Below, piece after piece: positions 9,620-19,034 of a stretch of DNA of 64,000 bases. The DNA is from Candidatus Uhrbacteria bacterium RIFCSPLOWO2_01_FULL_47_17 (lineage in GTDB: Bacteria; Patescibacteriota; Patescibacteriia; UBA9934; GWF2-40-263): the NCBI GenBank assembly GCA_001791305.1, contig MGEI01000005.1, positions 210,698 to 274,697 on the forward strand, written 5' to 3'. The position numbers were made by a program, and so were the translations under genes. The notes under the pieces are model-generated. The model was not told the origin of the DNA, ran no database searches, and was given only the letters and a program-made list of their open reading frames with translations. The first letter of the stretch is position 1. Every line of letters starts with the position of its first letter.

Positions 9620-10807
9620 TTAGGATGACAAAATCACGGACGTATCTGTTAATTCAGTCTGTTCTTGAATCAATTTCGTGAGCACGGCTCGATCAGAATT
9701 GCGCCCCACAAGAATCGCGCCAACAAGTCTGTTGTTTCTGACAAACAGCTCGGAGATTCCCCCGGCCTCAATACTTCCGATGAGTCTCGACTCGGCCGCA
9801 TGAGCTCTCGACGTATCTCCAATAAAAATGATTTCAAGTCCAAGCGCGTTCGTTGCGTAAGACGATACAAGATTGAACACCGTGCGCTCGCCGAACATGT
9901 TTCTTGCTACACAACGTCCTTGCATCTGAGCATTCATCCAGTTCCCCGCGAGGAGATGGCGACCGTAACGCTCGTCGAGAAACTCGGCGACATCGCCCAC
10001 CGTATAAATATTCGGCATGTTTGTTTCCAAAAATTGGTTACAGAGAATTCCATCTTGCACATCGATGGTTGCCTCACGCATCAAAGAAAAATCTGGTTCG
10101 ATGCCGACACCGATTCCTAAAATATGACACGAAATTTTTTTATCACCGACCGAGAATGCTTCGATTATTTTTTCTCCGTGTATCTCGACAACAGCCGCAT
10201 TTGGAATCACCTCGACTCCGTTCGTGATCAAATGGTTTGTGATGAGTTCACCCGCTTCACTCGAGAGCGCACGCGACCACATGTGTGCGCCGCGAAAGGC
10301 GATCGTTGTTGCGATGTTGAAGTGCTTAAAAATATTCAGATACTCGCACGCAATAAACCCCCCGCCGTAAATTCCCGCACGTGCCTCGAGAGGCAGTGCG
10401 CGCAAAAGCTCAAGCATGTGGTCTGCATCATCTAACGTTCGAAAATAGGAAACGCCTGGAACATCTTGTTCGATCAGTTTTACTTCCCCACCCGTTGCGA
10501 TCAACAACTTGTCGTACGCAACTTCCGTTTGATCGGATAACGCGACATGTTGGTTCACCGGATCGATTTTCGTCACAGATTCGCCAACGATCCATTCGAT
10601 CTTTTGTTCCGCATACCATGTTTCTTTTTTCAGAAAAACACGCTCGCGCGGAACTTTTGCCTTCACATAATGCGGCAACAAAACACGCGAATACACCGCG
10701 TGAAACTCGAGAGAAATAAGAGTGATTTCGGATTCAGGATCCAGCTTGCGAAGCTCTTCCGCAGCCGTTGTCCCGGCGATTCCGCCGCCGATAATAACGT
10801 ACTTCAC
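9620..10807 (-). CDS. FAD-dependent NAD(P)H oxidoreductase (ferredoxin/rubredoxin reductase-like)
   Basis: GGGIAG, YDKLLIATG, GGGFIACE, YTVGDVA motifs. Confidence 0.85.
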   Translation of the reverse strand: MKYVIIGGGIAGTTAAEELRKLDPESEITLISLEFHAVYSRVLLPHYVKAKVPRERVFLKKETWYAEQKIEWIVGESVTKIDPVNQHVALSDQTEVAYDKLLIATGGEVKLIEQDVPGVSYFRTLDDADHMLELLRALPLEARAGIYGGGFIACEYLNIFKHFNIATTIAFRGAHMWSRALSSEAGELITNHLITNGVEVIPNAAVVEIHGEKIIEAFSVGDKKISCHILGIGVGIEPDFSLMREATIDVQDGILCNQFLETNMPNIYTVGDVAEFLDERYGRHLLAGNWMNAQMQGRCVARNMFGERTVFNLVSSYATNALGLEIIFIGDTSRAHAAESRLIGSIEAGGISELFVRNNRLVGAILVGRNSDRAVLTKLIQEQTELTDTSVILSS

Positions 10808-11073
10808 ATGTCTGGAAATAATTGTTTCCCTGCTTCATTGAAAATAAAAATCGCCAACGTTGGACACGATTGTGCACCAAGCAAAATGTTTTCCATTTGG
10901 TCATCTGTGACTTCCATCCAGCGTTCATACTTCGAACCTTCCGGCTCTGTTCCGTGATCGAGGACGAATGCTTTGTTTTCTGCGTTCATTTGAAATGTTT
11001 CTGGTGCGATCGTCACGCAGGACGCTGCGCCGATACACAAATCTTCATCTACTTTTACTCGGATGCGTGGCAT
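10804..11073 (-). CDS. Ferredoxin (single cluster, probably 3Fe-4S)
   Basis: CIGAASC...CP motif. Confidence 0.85.
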   Translation of the reverse strand: MPRIRVKVDEDLCIGAASCVTIAPETFQMNAENKAFVLDHGTEPEGSKYERWMEVTDDQMENILLGAQSCPTLAIFIFNEAGKQLFPDM

Positions 11074-11074
11074 A

Positions 11075-11299
11075 TTAAATTTCTTCGAAATTTATTTCTG
11101 TGATTTCTGGGCAGGTTTCTTTTACCAAATCCATAATACCTTCTCTGTACGAAGTGGAACATGCACATCCTCCGCAGAATCCAGAAAGACGAAACGTTGC
11201 GCTCGGAACTTCGACAGATAAAACTTCAATCGAGCGACCAGCGGACGCAAGAATCGGTTTCAGGTGTTCGAGGCGTTTTTCTAAAAGTTCTTTTTGCAT
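11075..11299 (-). CDS. NifU/Nfu C-terminal domain protein
   Basis: LSGFCGGCAC motif, 74 aa, in Fe-S operon. Confidence 0.75.
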   Translation of the reverse strand: MQKELLEKRLEHLKPILASAGRSIEVLSVEVPSATFRLSGFCGGCACSTSYREGIMDLVKETCPEITEINFEEI

Positions 11300-11304
11300 A
11301 TCGT

Positions 11305-11982
11305 TTACGCCGCGCCGAAATATTTTTCTTTATAGAAGCGAATGAGTTCCTCGACAGCTGGTAAACAGTTTGGATTTCCAATGCCGACTTTCGTTTTTTG
11401 TTGAACGAGTTCGAGGGTATGTGCACCTTCGAGCACTGCTTCTTCGATATCATGATCTGTCACTTTCGATACGGGATCGATAATGCGAGACGACTCGACC
11501 ACAATCTTATCAAACTTTTCTACACGACGATAGAAATCGTTAATCGCATCACGAAGCGCTTTGTCGCAGAGCACGGAACAGTGGAACTTTCTTTGTGGAA
11601 GGCCGCCGAGGCGCTCCATGATGTCTTGAGGTTTGAGCTTGCGCGCTTCGTTGAGGGTCATTCCGTCATTTTCTGTGACGATCACGGATGCCATCGATGT
11701 CGAAGCAATCGCACTTCCGCAACCGAATGTTTTCCATTTAAATTCTTCGATCTTTTCCGTCTCCGGATTTACTTTCATCCAAACACGAAGTTCATCGCCA
11801 CACGCGGGTGAACCAACTTTTCCAATCGCGTTGTAGTGCGTTTCATCCGCATCATTCTCCATGAAATTTTTTGGATGAAAAAAATGTTCCTTCACAATAT
11901 CTGTGTAGAACCAAGATTTGGTTTGATCATGCGAAGCGACATCACCCTTTGTGCCCGCAATGGGTTCTTGTTTGTGTGTCAT
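11305..11982 (-). CDS. iscU: Fe-S scaffold NifU/IscU N-domain plus degenerate BFD-like domain
   Basis: GSPACGD, TFGCGSAIAS, KFHCSVL. Confidence 0.85.
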   Translation of the reverse strand: MTHKQEPIAGTKGDVASHDQTKSWFYTDIVKEHFFHPKNFMENDADETHYNAIGKVGSPACGDELRVWMKVNPETEKIEEFKWKTFGCGSAIASTSMASVIVTENDGMTLNEARKLKPQDIMERLGGLPQRKFHCSVLCDKALRDAINDFYRRVEKFDKIVVESSRIIDPVSKVTDHDIEEAVLEGAHTLELVQQKTKVGIGNPNCLPAVEELIRFYKEKYFGAA

Positions 11983-11990
11983 ATGCAAGG

Positions 11991-12052
11991 AGTAGTCAAG
12001 AAGTCGAGGGGTCGAGTTTTATAAAACTTGACTTCTTGACTCCTCGACTACT
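11991..12052. repeat. Long imperfect palindrome built of 8-nt repeats (AGTCRAGR)
   Basis: AGTAGTCAAGAAGTCGAGGGGTCGAGTTTT-A-TAAAACTTGACTTCTTGACTCCTCGACTACT. Confidence 0.75.
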
Positions 12053-12058
12053 TTTTTA

Positions 12059-13258
12059 TTACTGCCAATATTTTTCATCCACACTCACAGGACTAATGGA
12101 TCTGAGTGTTTGTACGAGTGGTGGAAGGGTTTTTAAAACGTAGTCGATATCCTCCTCAGTCGTAGAATGACCGAGCGAGAAGCGCATGGAGCCGTGGGCA
12201 ACTTCGTAAGGAAAACCGAGGGCGAGGATGACATGGGAAGGGTCGAGTGAGGCCGAAGTACAGGCCGATCCTGTAGACGCGTAAATTCCGGCAGCGTCTA
12301 GATACAAGAGGAGTGCTTCGCCTTCGATGTCGATAAACGATGCATTCACATTATTTGGCAAACGATTCACACGATCACCATTGATGCGTGTGCGCGGAAC
12401 GATCGAGAGAATTCCGTTGATGAGCTTATCGCGAAGTGGCATAAGTCGCGCCGTCTCCTCGACACGTTCCGCTTGCACAAGCTCAAATGCTTTTGCAAAT
12501 CCGATAATGCCCGCGACGTCTTCCGTTCCCGGACGAATCCCGCGTTCTTGTGCGCCGCCAAACATGAGAGGCTCGAGTTTAATTCCGCGCTTCACGTACA
12601 AGAGCCCTGTTCCCTTTGGTCCATAAATTTTCGGACCGTTCATCGTGAGCATGTCGACGTGTAACTTTTCGACATTCATGTCGAGATACGCCGCAGCTTG
12701 GCATGCATCCGTGTGGAACATGAGGTGCGGAAGCTTTTTCTCTTCGCGATATTTCTGAATAATGTTTCCAATTTCCACAATCGGTTGAATCGTTCCAACT
12801 TCATTATTTGCGTACATGACAGAAACGAGAATGGTATCTTCCGTGAGCACTTCTTCGATCTGCTTCGGATCAATCATTCCCTCTTTGCTTGGTTTGAGAT
12901 AGGTCACGCGGAAACCTTCTTTTTTCTCGAGACGAATACAGGCCTCGAGCACAGCGTGGTGCTCGAACGAAGTGGTGATGATGTGCATGCCGAACTGTTT
13001 GTTCATGCGTGCGTAGCCGAGAATCGCGAGGTTGTCCGATTCGGTTCCACCAGATGTAAACAAAATCTCGTCCGGACGAACGTGCAAAAGATTTGCCATC
13101 GAGGAACGAGCTTCTCGCAGCGCATCCGTCGCAACTTTCCCTCGAGAATGAAAACTCGAAGGATTGCCATATTTATCTTCCAGGTACGGCAACATCACCT
13201 CAAGAACACGAGGATCAAGCGGAGTTGTTGCGGCGTGATCAAGATAGATATCGAGCAT
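12059..13258 (-). CDS. iscS: Cysteine desulfurase IscS/NifS
   Basis: YLDHAATT, GNPSS, NNEVG, KIYGPKG, GSACTS. Confidence 0.92.
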   Translation of the reverse strand: MLDIYLDHAATTPLDPRVLEVMLPYLEDKYGNPSSFHSRGKVATDALREARSSMANLLHVRPDEILFTSGGTESDNLAILGYARMNKQFGMHIITTSFEHHAVLEACIRLEKKEGFRVTYLKPSKEGMIDPKQIEEVLTEDTILVSVMYANNEVGTIQPIVEIGNIIQKYREEKKLPHLMFHTDACQAAAYLDMNVEKLHVDMLTMNGPKIYGPKGTGLLYVKRGIKLEPLMFGGAQERGIRPGTEDVAGIIGFAKAFELVQAERVEETARLMPLRDKLINGILSIVPRTRINGDRVNRLPNNVNASFIDIEGEALLLYLDAAGIYASTGSACTSASLDPSHVILALGFPYEVAHGSMRFSLGHSTTEEDIDYVLKTLPPLVQTLRSISPVSVDEKYWQ

Positions 13259-13294
13259 AAGATTCAAGGACTGTAACAAAAAAGCCGTTGAAAA

Positions 13295-13846
13295 TCAACG
13301 GCTAGGGGTGAGAAGCTTCGCAAGGTCTTTTGCATCAATTTGCCGGCCATATTTCCGCAGAATGATCTGCGTTTTTTTGGACCCGTAATCACACATGACC
13401 AGTCGACCGCAAAGAAGGCCGAAGTTGTGCGAGGATCCCCAGTGATGCGCGTCCTTCACAAGCTCATCCATTGGAACGATTTCAAGAAAGCGGGTTCGAG
13501 CATTATTCTGAAACGTCTTCATGTCCACGAATTCGACCTGCTTCATCACGGAAAACAATCCGCATGAAAAATACGTTGGTGCGATGAATGTGCTTCCGTA
13601 TCGGATGGTGAAATACCACTCCAAAAGGTTTGAAACAAATCCAGCGATCGTTGAGTTACTGTAGACGTGAAACGCGCGTTCATGTCGCAACATGTGCGCA
13701 AACGTTTTTTGTGTGTCTTTCGACCACGCAAGGTCTTGCTTAAACGTATTCCAAAAAAGCTTGGGTCGCACACGCGCAATCTTGATCACAATTCCAAGCC
13801 ACAGAATCGGAATCACGATGCGTGTTGTTCCTTTATGAATTTGCAT
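13295..13846 (-). CDS. Hypothetical protein, divergent protein-kinase-like fold
   Basis: GTTRIV, VIK, N..E, HNFG, DYG order; GGAGG SD. Confidence 0.5.
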   Translation of the reverse strand: MQIHKGTTRIVIPILWLGIVIKIARVRPKLFWNTFKQDLAWSKDTQKTFAHMLRHERAFHVYSNSTIAGFVSNLLEWYFTIRYGSTFIAPTYFSCGLFSVMKQVEFVDMKTFQNNARTRFLEIVPMDELVKDAHHWGSSHNFGLLCGRLVMCDYGSKKTQIILRKYGRQIDAKDLAKLLTPSR

Positions 13847-13924
13847 CCAGACCTCCAAGGAAGAAAAGAATGTATCAAAAAAAGCCGTCTTTGTCAACGG
13901 CTTCTCTTTTTATCTTCCGTTTTC

Positions 13925-14476
13925 TTATGCGGATACATTCACACCAAAGTAAACATTCACGAGTCGCCCAATCACATAACCAATAAGCGCGGCGGATAAA
14001 GAAACAAAAACCATTTCAAGACCGCTTCGCAAGAGTGATCGTTTGGTAAAGGTTGCTGACCATGCGCCGACAAGAAATAATGAAACGACCGTGAGAAAAA
14101 TGGATGGAAGAATCGCTTGCGATGTTGAGAGGAATAAATACGGGGCAAGGGGAATGATTCCGCCGAGCAGGTAGGAAACCCACATAACGCCTGCGCCACG
14201 AATCGGATGTCCGCGAAGATGATGATGTTTTTTCCGTTGTTCTTTGTCTTGTTCTTCATCCGCATCACTTGCGGACACCGAGGAAAGATAGCTCCCCGCC
14301 GCCATAGACGTGCTCTCCGCGGCGATTAAAACAAATCCGGAGAGAATCACAATGTACGTGCTTTGTGTTCCGACCGCAATTCCGGTAATCGTTCCGAGTG
14401 TTGAAACAAGAGAATCCTCAAGGCCGAAAATCAATTCTCTCATGGATGAGAGAATGAAATGACGAAACGATTTCAT
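13925..14476 (-). CDS. VIT1/CCC1 family Fe/Mn transporter
   Basis: IFGLEDSLV, SMAAGSYLS, GGIIPLAPY. Confidence 0.85.
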   Translation of the reverse strand: MKSFRHFILSSMRELIFGLEDSLVSTLGTITGIAVGTQSTYIVILSGFVLIAAESTSMAAGSYLSSVSASDADEEQDKEQRKKHHHLRGHPIRGAGVMWVSYLLGGIIPLAPYLFLSTSQAILPSIFLTVVSLFLVGAWSATFTKRSLLRSGLEMVFVSLSAALIGYVIGRLVNVYFGVNVSA

Positions 14477-14518
14477 AAGGGTATACTAGAAATATCTTAA
14501 CTGTACTCTGATTATTTT

Positions 14519-14947
14519 ATGCTTATTCCTGAACAATATCCAGCGTTCCACAAAAAGACTCTTGTTGTTGTTTCTGATCACGTTCACGCAAAACTTTTTT
14601 TAGGCAATGATCGCGAATTCACATTCATCACCGAATTCAAAACAGATTATCCATCACACGAAGGAGGCGATCGTACATCCATGGTAACTCCGGGCGGCCA
14701 ACATAGTGCCGAAAAAAATGAAAAAGAATTCATGCTCGGCGAAGATCATCTTTTTCACAGACTCGCAAAGAACCTCTACGAACGTCTTGAAAAGAATGAA
14801 TTTGAGGATCTCATCATTGCAGCCGGCCAAGAAGTCCATCAACTCGAAAAAATGCTCCATCACGATGTTCAGGCGCGCATCACAAAGCTCATTCCAAAAC
14901 TTCTCACAAAGATGAATGACGACCAACTCCTCGAACATCTTTTCTAG
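14519..14947 (+). CDS. Host attachment protein / baeRF-like family
   Basis: LVVVSDHVHAKLF N-terminus, LIIAA, KLLTK C-terminus pattern. Confidence 0.6.
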   Translation: MLIPEQYPAFHKKTLVVVSDHVHAKLFLGNDREFTFITEFKTDYPSHEGGDRTSMVTPGGQHSAEKNEKEFMLGEDHLFHRLAKNLYERLEKNEFEDLIIAAGQEVHQLEKMLHHDVQARITKLIPKLLTKMNDDQLLEHLF

Positions 14948-15021
14948 AGCCAACTCGTCTTTCGTGAACGACGGTCTTGATCTCCAGACGTAAACTTGGT
15001 ACATTTCCCTCGCTTCCAATC

Positions 15022-15097
15022 GGCCACGTGGCGAAGTGGTTAACGCGGGGGTCTGCAAAACCTCTATGCATCGGTTCAACTCCGATCGTGGCCTCCA
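15022..15097 (+). tRNA. tRNA-Cys(GCA)
   Basis: GGCCACG/CGTGGCC acceptor, U discriminator, CCA, anticodon loop CT GCA AA, GTTCAACTC. Confidence 0.95.
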
Positions 15098-15112
15098 AAA
15101 AAACAATCAAAC

Positions 15113-15143
15113 AAAAAACCCGAGCATAAGCTCGAGTTTTTTG
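15113..15143. terminator. Bidirectional intrinsic terminator
   Basis: AAAAAACCCGAGC-ATAA-GCTCGAGTTTTTT between convergent genes. Confidence 0.7.
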
Positions 15144-15145
15144 TT

Positions 15146-15805
15146 TTAAAATACCTCAACGGTTGCGTACTTAAGTCCAAATTTTTTGGCTTGTTTAATA
15201 TCTTTCATCCAAAAGTCCATACGTTTCGTATAACGAGCGTTCATACGGTCTTGCACTGTAAAGATACGATCGCCATACAATTCTGGAATACGCACACGTG
15301 TTCCAAGTGGCAAAAAGTTTGCCGCAACAACGTCTTCCTGGTTACGTTCACAAACGTCCATACCGGACGCGGTGATACACGGCGTATCATCTGTTTGTGC
15401 AGGATCCGATGTATAAGCCGTCATTGGAACCGTAAACGTTTTACGTGGACGGGCATCTTCAGAAACCGGAAGGTTTCCAAAGGATTTTGTTTCGTTTTCC
15501 ATGGCGTCAATCATGAGTGCCACGGTTTTATGATCAATAGGCTTTTGGTCCGTAAGCATGTCTGCGTTCGCCATGGCTGGGAACAAAACATAGGTACCTA
15601 CCGTTGCCACAAAGGCAATAACAGAGAGATCAAGCGAATATTTGCGAACATGAACCATTTTTTGAATCAAAGTAAGGGAAATTTTGGATGTGAAAAAAGT
15701 AACGGTGCGTACAAACCCAAAATCGTTATCCCAAATGTAGGCAAACGCCGATTTGGTTTTCTTCTGAATTGTATTCAAACCCAATGTTTTGCGTTTATTT
15801 GTCAT
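15146..15805 (-). CDS. 3D-domain cell-wall protein
   Basis: TAYTS..QTDDTPCITASG, VAANFLPLGT, VQDRMN, DFW. Confidence 0.85.
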   Translation of the reverse strand: MTNKRKTLGLNTIQKKTKSAFAYIWDNDFGFVRTVTFFTSKISLTLIQKMVHVRKYSLDLSVIAFVATVGTYVLFPAMANADMLTDQKPIDHKTVALMIDAMENETKSFGNLPVSEDARPRKTFTVPMTAYTSDPAQTDDTPCITASGMDVCERNQEDVVAANFLPLGTRVRIPELYGDRIFTVQDRMNARYTKRMDFWMKDIKQAKKFGLKYATVEVF

Positions 15806-16035
15806 ACCCGGCGTGTCCTTCCTCCTACAGAAGAGACGCTGGGCAGGGCAAATATGTTTCCATCAAAAAACCCTGTTTCCAGAGTGGCAATAGAATACCA
15901 CAAAAATGGGTTTTTGTCAATGGTTTCAGACCGATTTTTTCTTATTTTTTAGCTCAACAAAGCTAAATCACCCCTGTGGATGTTTTGTGGATTCTTTTGT
16001 CGAAAATCAAGAAATCAGGTATTCTATCCTCACTT

Positions 16036-19002
16036 ATGTCCAAACACATTTATAACAAGCAAAGCTGGAAAAAAACTGGCAATTCCTCCTCATTTCTCGC
16101 CAAAACATGGAGGGCTTTTCGACGAACTCCTGTTGGAAAAAATCTTTGGTTGATCCTTCTCTTTTTTATCATCCTTGGCACCCTTTTTGTCTTGGCTCTC
16201 ATTGCGGTCGCAAGCCGAGATCTTCCAAGCCCAAGCAGTCTCACGGAACGAAAAATTTCGCAGACGACCAAAATCTATGATCGCACAGGTGAACACCTAT
16301 TGTATGAAATTGCTGGAAACCAGAACCGGACGTTGAAGAACTTTCAGTCTGGTTTTTGTGATCCACAAGATCCAAAACTGAGCTTAGATCCAAAAGGCAT
16401 TCCGCTTTACGCTGTTCACGCAACCATTTCCGCAGAGGATCGAAATTTTTGTGAGCACATTGGATTTGATTTTAAAGGATTTTCACGAGCGGTCGTTTCA
16501 AATCTTTTTGGGAAGCGGGTTGGTGGATCAACACTCACGCAACAGCTTGTTAAAAATGCCATTCTCTCCAACGAGAAAACACTGACGCGTAAAATAAAAG
16601 AGTTGATCCTGTCTCTTGGACTTGAACAAAAGTATTCAAAAGATGAAATCCTTCAAATTTATTTCAACGAAATTCCGTATGGATCGAGTTACTATGGTAT
16701 CGAAGCCGCGTCACAAAATTATTTTGAGAAATCAGTAAATGAGTTAACGGTCGCACAAGCCGCCACGCTTGCCGCTTTACCAAAAGCTCCAACAACCTAC
16801 TTAAATAATCCAGACAAACTGCAAGCACGTCGTGATTACATTTTGAGTGAAATGTTAAAGTTGGGATTTATTGATAAAACATCATTCGAAAATGCAAAAT
16901 CGGAAAAAACGCCTGTAACGGTTCAGGTGACAAACATTACGGCACCACATTTTGTCATGGACGTAAAAGCAGCTCTTGAAGATACGTATGGTCGTCGTAC
17001 GGTTGAAGAAGGTGGAATGAAGGTCATCACAACACTTGATTTTGATTTACAAAAAATTGCGGAGGAAGAGGTAAAAAGCGGAGTAGAAGCAAGATCCGAA
17101 CAATACGGTTTCTCAAACGCCTCCCTTGTTGCAGAAGATCCAAAAACCGGACAGATTTTGGCCATGGTCGGTTCAAAAGATTTTTTTGATAAAAAAATTG
17201 ATGGACAGGTCAACGTCTCAACACGTCACAGACAACCCGGTTCCAGCTTTAAACCAATCGTCTACACAAAAGCGTTTGAAATGGGTTATACCCCGAACAC
17301 TGTTTTATGGGATGTCACAACCAGCTTCCCAACAGATGTTGGAGAAGCTTACACCCCAAATAACTACGATCTAAAAGTACGCGGACCAATCAAACTGCGC
17401 GACGCTCTCCAATTTTCTTTAAATATTCCTGCGGTGAAAACGGTTTATCTTGTCGGTGTTGAAAATGCCCTCGATTTCGCCACACTGCTTGGATATGATT
17501 CGTTTGCAAACCACGCAAACTTTGGATTATCCATCGTCCTTGGTGGTGGTGAAGTTCGCTTAATAGACCATGTTCATGCATACGCTACGTTCGCAAACAA
17601 CGGTAAGGCGAACGAGCAAGTTTCCATTTTACGTGTGGAAGATTCAAATGGAAGTGTTCTTGAAGAGTGGAAACAAAAAGACGCGAAGGAGGTTGTGAAG
17701 GAAAATGCCACACACATGATTTCACATGTGTTGTCAGATAATAATGCGCGTATTCCAGTATTTGGAGCAAAAAGTTCTTTGCAGTTAGGCGACAGACCCG
17801 TTGCCGCAAAATCCGGAACAACAAATGATTATCATGATGCGTGGCTTATGGGATACACTCCTTCTCTTGCCGCAGGTGTTTGGGTTGGAAATAACAACAA
17901 TACTTCCATGAAAAGTAAGGCGGACGGTTCTATTGTTGCTGGCCCAATTTGGAACGCGTTTATGAAACGCGCTCTTGAAGGAAAACCAATCGAACCCTTC
18001 CCAACTCCCGACATTCGTCCAACCGGAAAAATGGTTCTTGATGGTTCCCTCGGCGCTCAGACTCTTTTGATTGACCGAGCGAGCGGAAAACTCGCGACAG
18101 AATTTACCCCAGATTCGTTTAAAGAAACACGTGTCTATGGTGGCTATCACGAAATTCTTCACTTTGTGATTCCATCAGATCCACAAGGTCCAATTCCATC
18201 TGAACCAGAAAAAGATCCTCACTACGCAGCATGGGAAACAGGGGTTCAAACATGGCTCACAAAACGTCAGCAGGAAACAGGTGTTCAACTCCTGACAACA
18301 AATCCACCAACAGAACAGGACGATCTTCACATTCCATCCAATAAGCCAACCGTTCAAATTCAGTTTCCTTCAAATAACTCTGTTTTGGATGGAAGGACTC
18401 TTCCAATTTCTGTTTCTGCTTCTGCTCCTCGTGGTGTTGTGAGAATCGAATATTTTTTGGACGACTTATTTATTGGTGCATCAAGTAGTTCCCCTTTTGA
18501 CACAACACTCACCATCCCATCGACAACCCCGAAAGGGATTCACTCTCTGAAAGCCGTCGCCTATGACAATATCGACAACAGTTCCTCAGACACAGTCAGT
18601 ATTCAAACAACCACGGAAGGTCAGGAAAATATTCTCAGCTTAATCGACCCGAAAAACGGACAAGTGATAGATAAAACAGCTGGAACATATACGGTTGTCG
18701 CTTCCATAAAAAATCCACAAAGTATAAGTACCGTAACCATCTTTGCCGAACAAATTGGCACGCAAGCGAAATCGATTATTGGTCAATTCTCAAACCCAAC
18801 ATCACCGTTTGCAACGGTTGATTGGAAAATTCCAGACTCTGGAAAATGGGTTTTATCAGCAAATGCAAAATTAAAAAATGCGTTTGATCTTGTCACAACA
18901 GGTGGAACGGTTGTCGAGATTCGAAGTTCAATGACGGGAACGTCCTCAGAGACAACAAGTAACTTTAAACCACAAAATTCGCTTGATCCATTCGCAAGAT
19001 AA
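16036..19002 (+). CDS. Class A penicillin-binding protein (PBP1A family) with C-terminal Ig-like domains
   Basis: EDRNF, GGSTLTQQLVKN, SSFK, SLN, KSGTT; Big-domain-like tail. Confidence 0.92.
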   Translation: MSKHIYNKQSWKKTGNSSSFLAKTWRAFRRTPVGKNLWLILLFFIILGTLFVLALIAVASRDLPSPSSLTERKISQTTKIYDRTGEHLLYEIAGNQNRTLKNFQSGFCDPQDPKLSLDPKGIPLYAVHATISAEDRNFCEHIGFDFKGFSRAVVSNLFGKRVGGSTLTQQLVKNAILSNEKTLTRKIKELILSLGLEQKYSKDEILQIYFNEIPYGSSYYGIEAASQNYFEKSVNELTVAQAATLAALPKAPTTYLNNPDKLQARRDYILSEMLKLGFIDKTSFENAKSEKTPVTVQVTNITAPHFVMDVKAALEDTYGRRTVEEGGMKVITTLDFDLQKIAEEEVKSGVEARSEQYGFSNASLVAEDPKTGQILAMVGSKDFFDKKIDGQVNVSTRHRQPGSSFKPIVYTKAFEMGYTPNTVLWDVTTSFPTDVGEAYTPNNYDLKVRGPIKLRDALQFSLNIPAVKTVYLVGVENALDFATLLGYDSFANHANFGLSIVLGGGEVRLIDHVHAYATFANNGKANEQVSILRVEDSNGSVLEEWKQKDAKEVVKENATHMISHVLSDNNARIPVFGAKSSLQLGDRPVAAKSGTTNDYHDAWLMGYTPSLAAGVWVGNNNNTSMKSKADGSIVAGPIWNAFMKRALEGKPIEPFPTPDIRPTGKMVLDGSLGAQTLLIDRASGKLATEFTPDSFKETRVYGGYHEILHFVIPSDPQGPIPSEPEKDPHYAAWETGVQTWLTKRQQETGVQLLTTNPPTEQDDLHIPSNKPTVQIQFPSNNSVLDGRTLPISVSASAPRGVVRIEYFLDDLFIGASSSSPFDTTLTIPSTTPKGIHSLKAVAYDNIDNSSSDTVSIQTTTEGQENILSLIDPKNGQVIDKTAGTYTVVASIKNPQSISTVTIFAEQIGTQAKSIIGQFSNPTSPFATVDWKIPDSGKWVLSANAKLKNAFDLVTTGGTVVEIRSSMTGTSSETTSNFKPQNSLDPFAR

Positions 19003-19004
19003 AC

Positions 19005-19032
19005 AAAAAAACGCTCACATGAGCGTTTTTTT
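19005..19032. terminator. Bidirectional intrinsic terminator
   Basis: AAAAAAACGCTCA-CA-TGAGCGTTTTTTT. Confidence 0.75.
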
Positions 19033-19034
19033 GT

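Noticed and set aside
14654-15110. - strand ORFs overlapping tRNA-Cys
   Set aside because: Translations of tRNA antisense sequence
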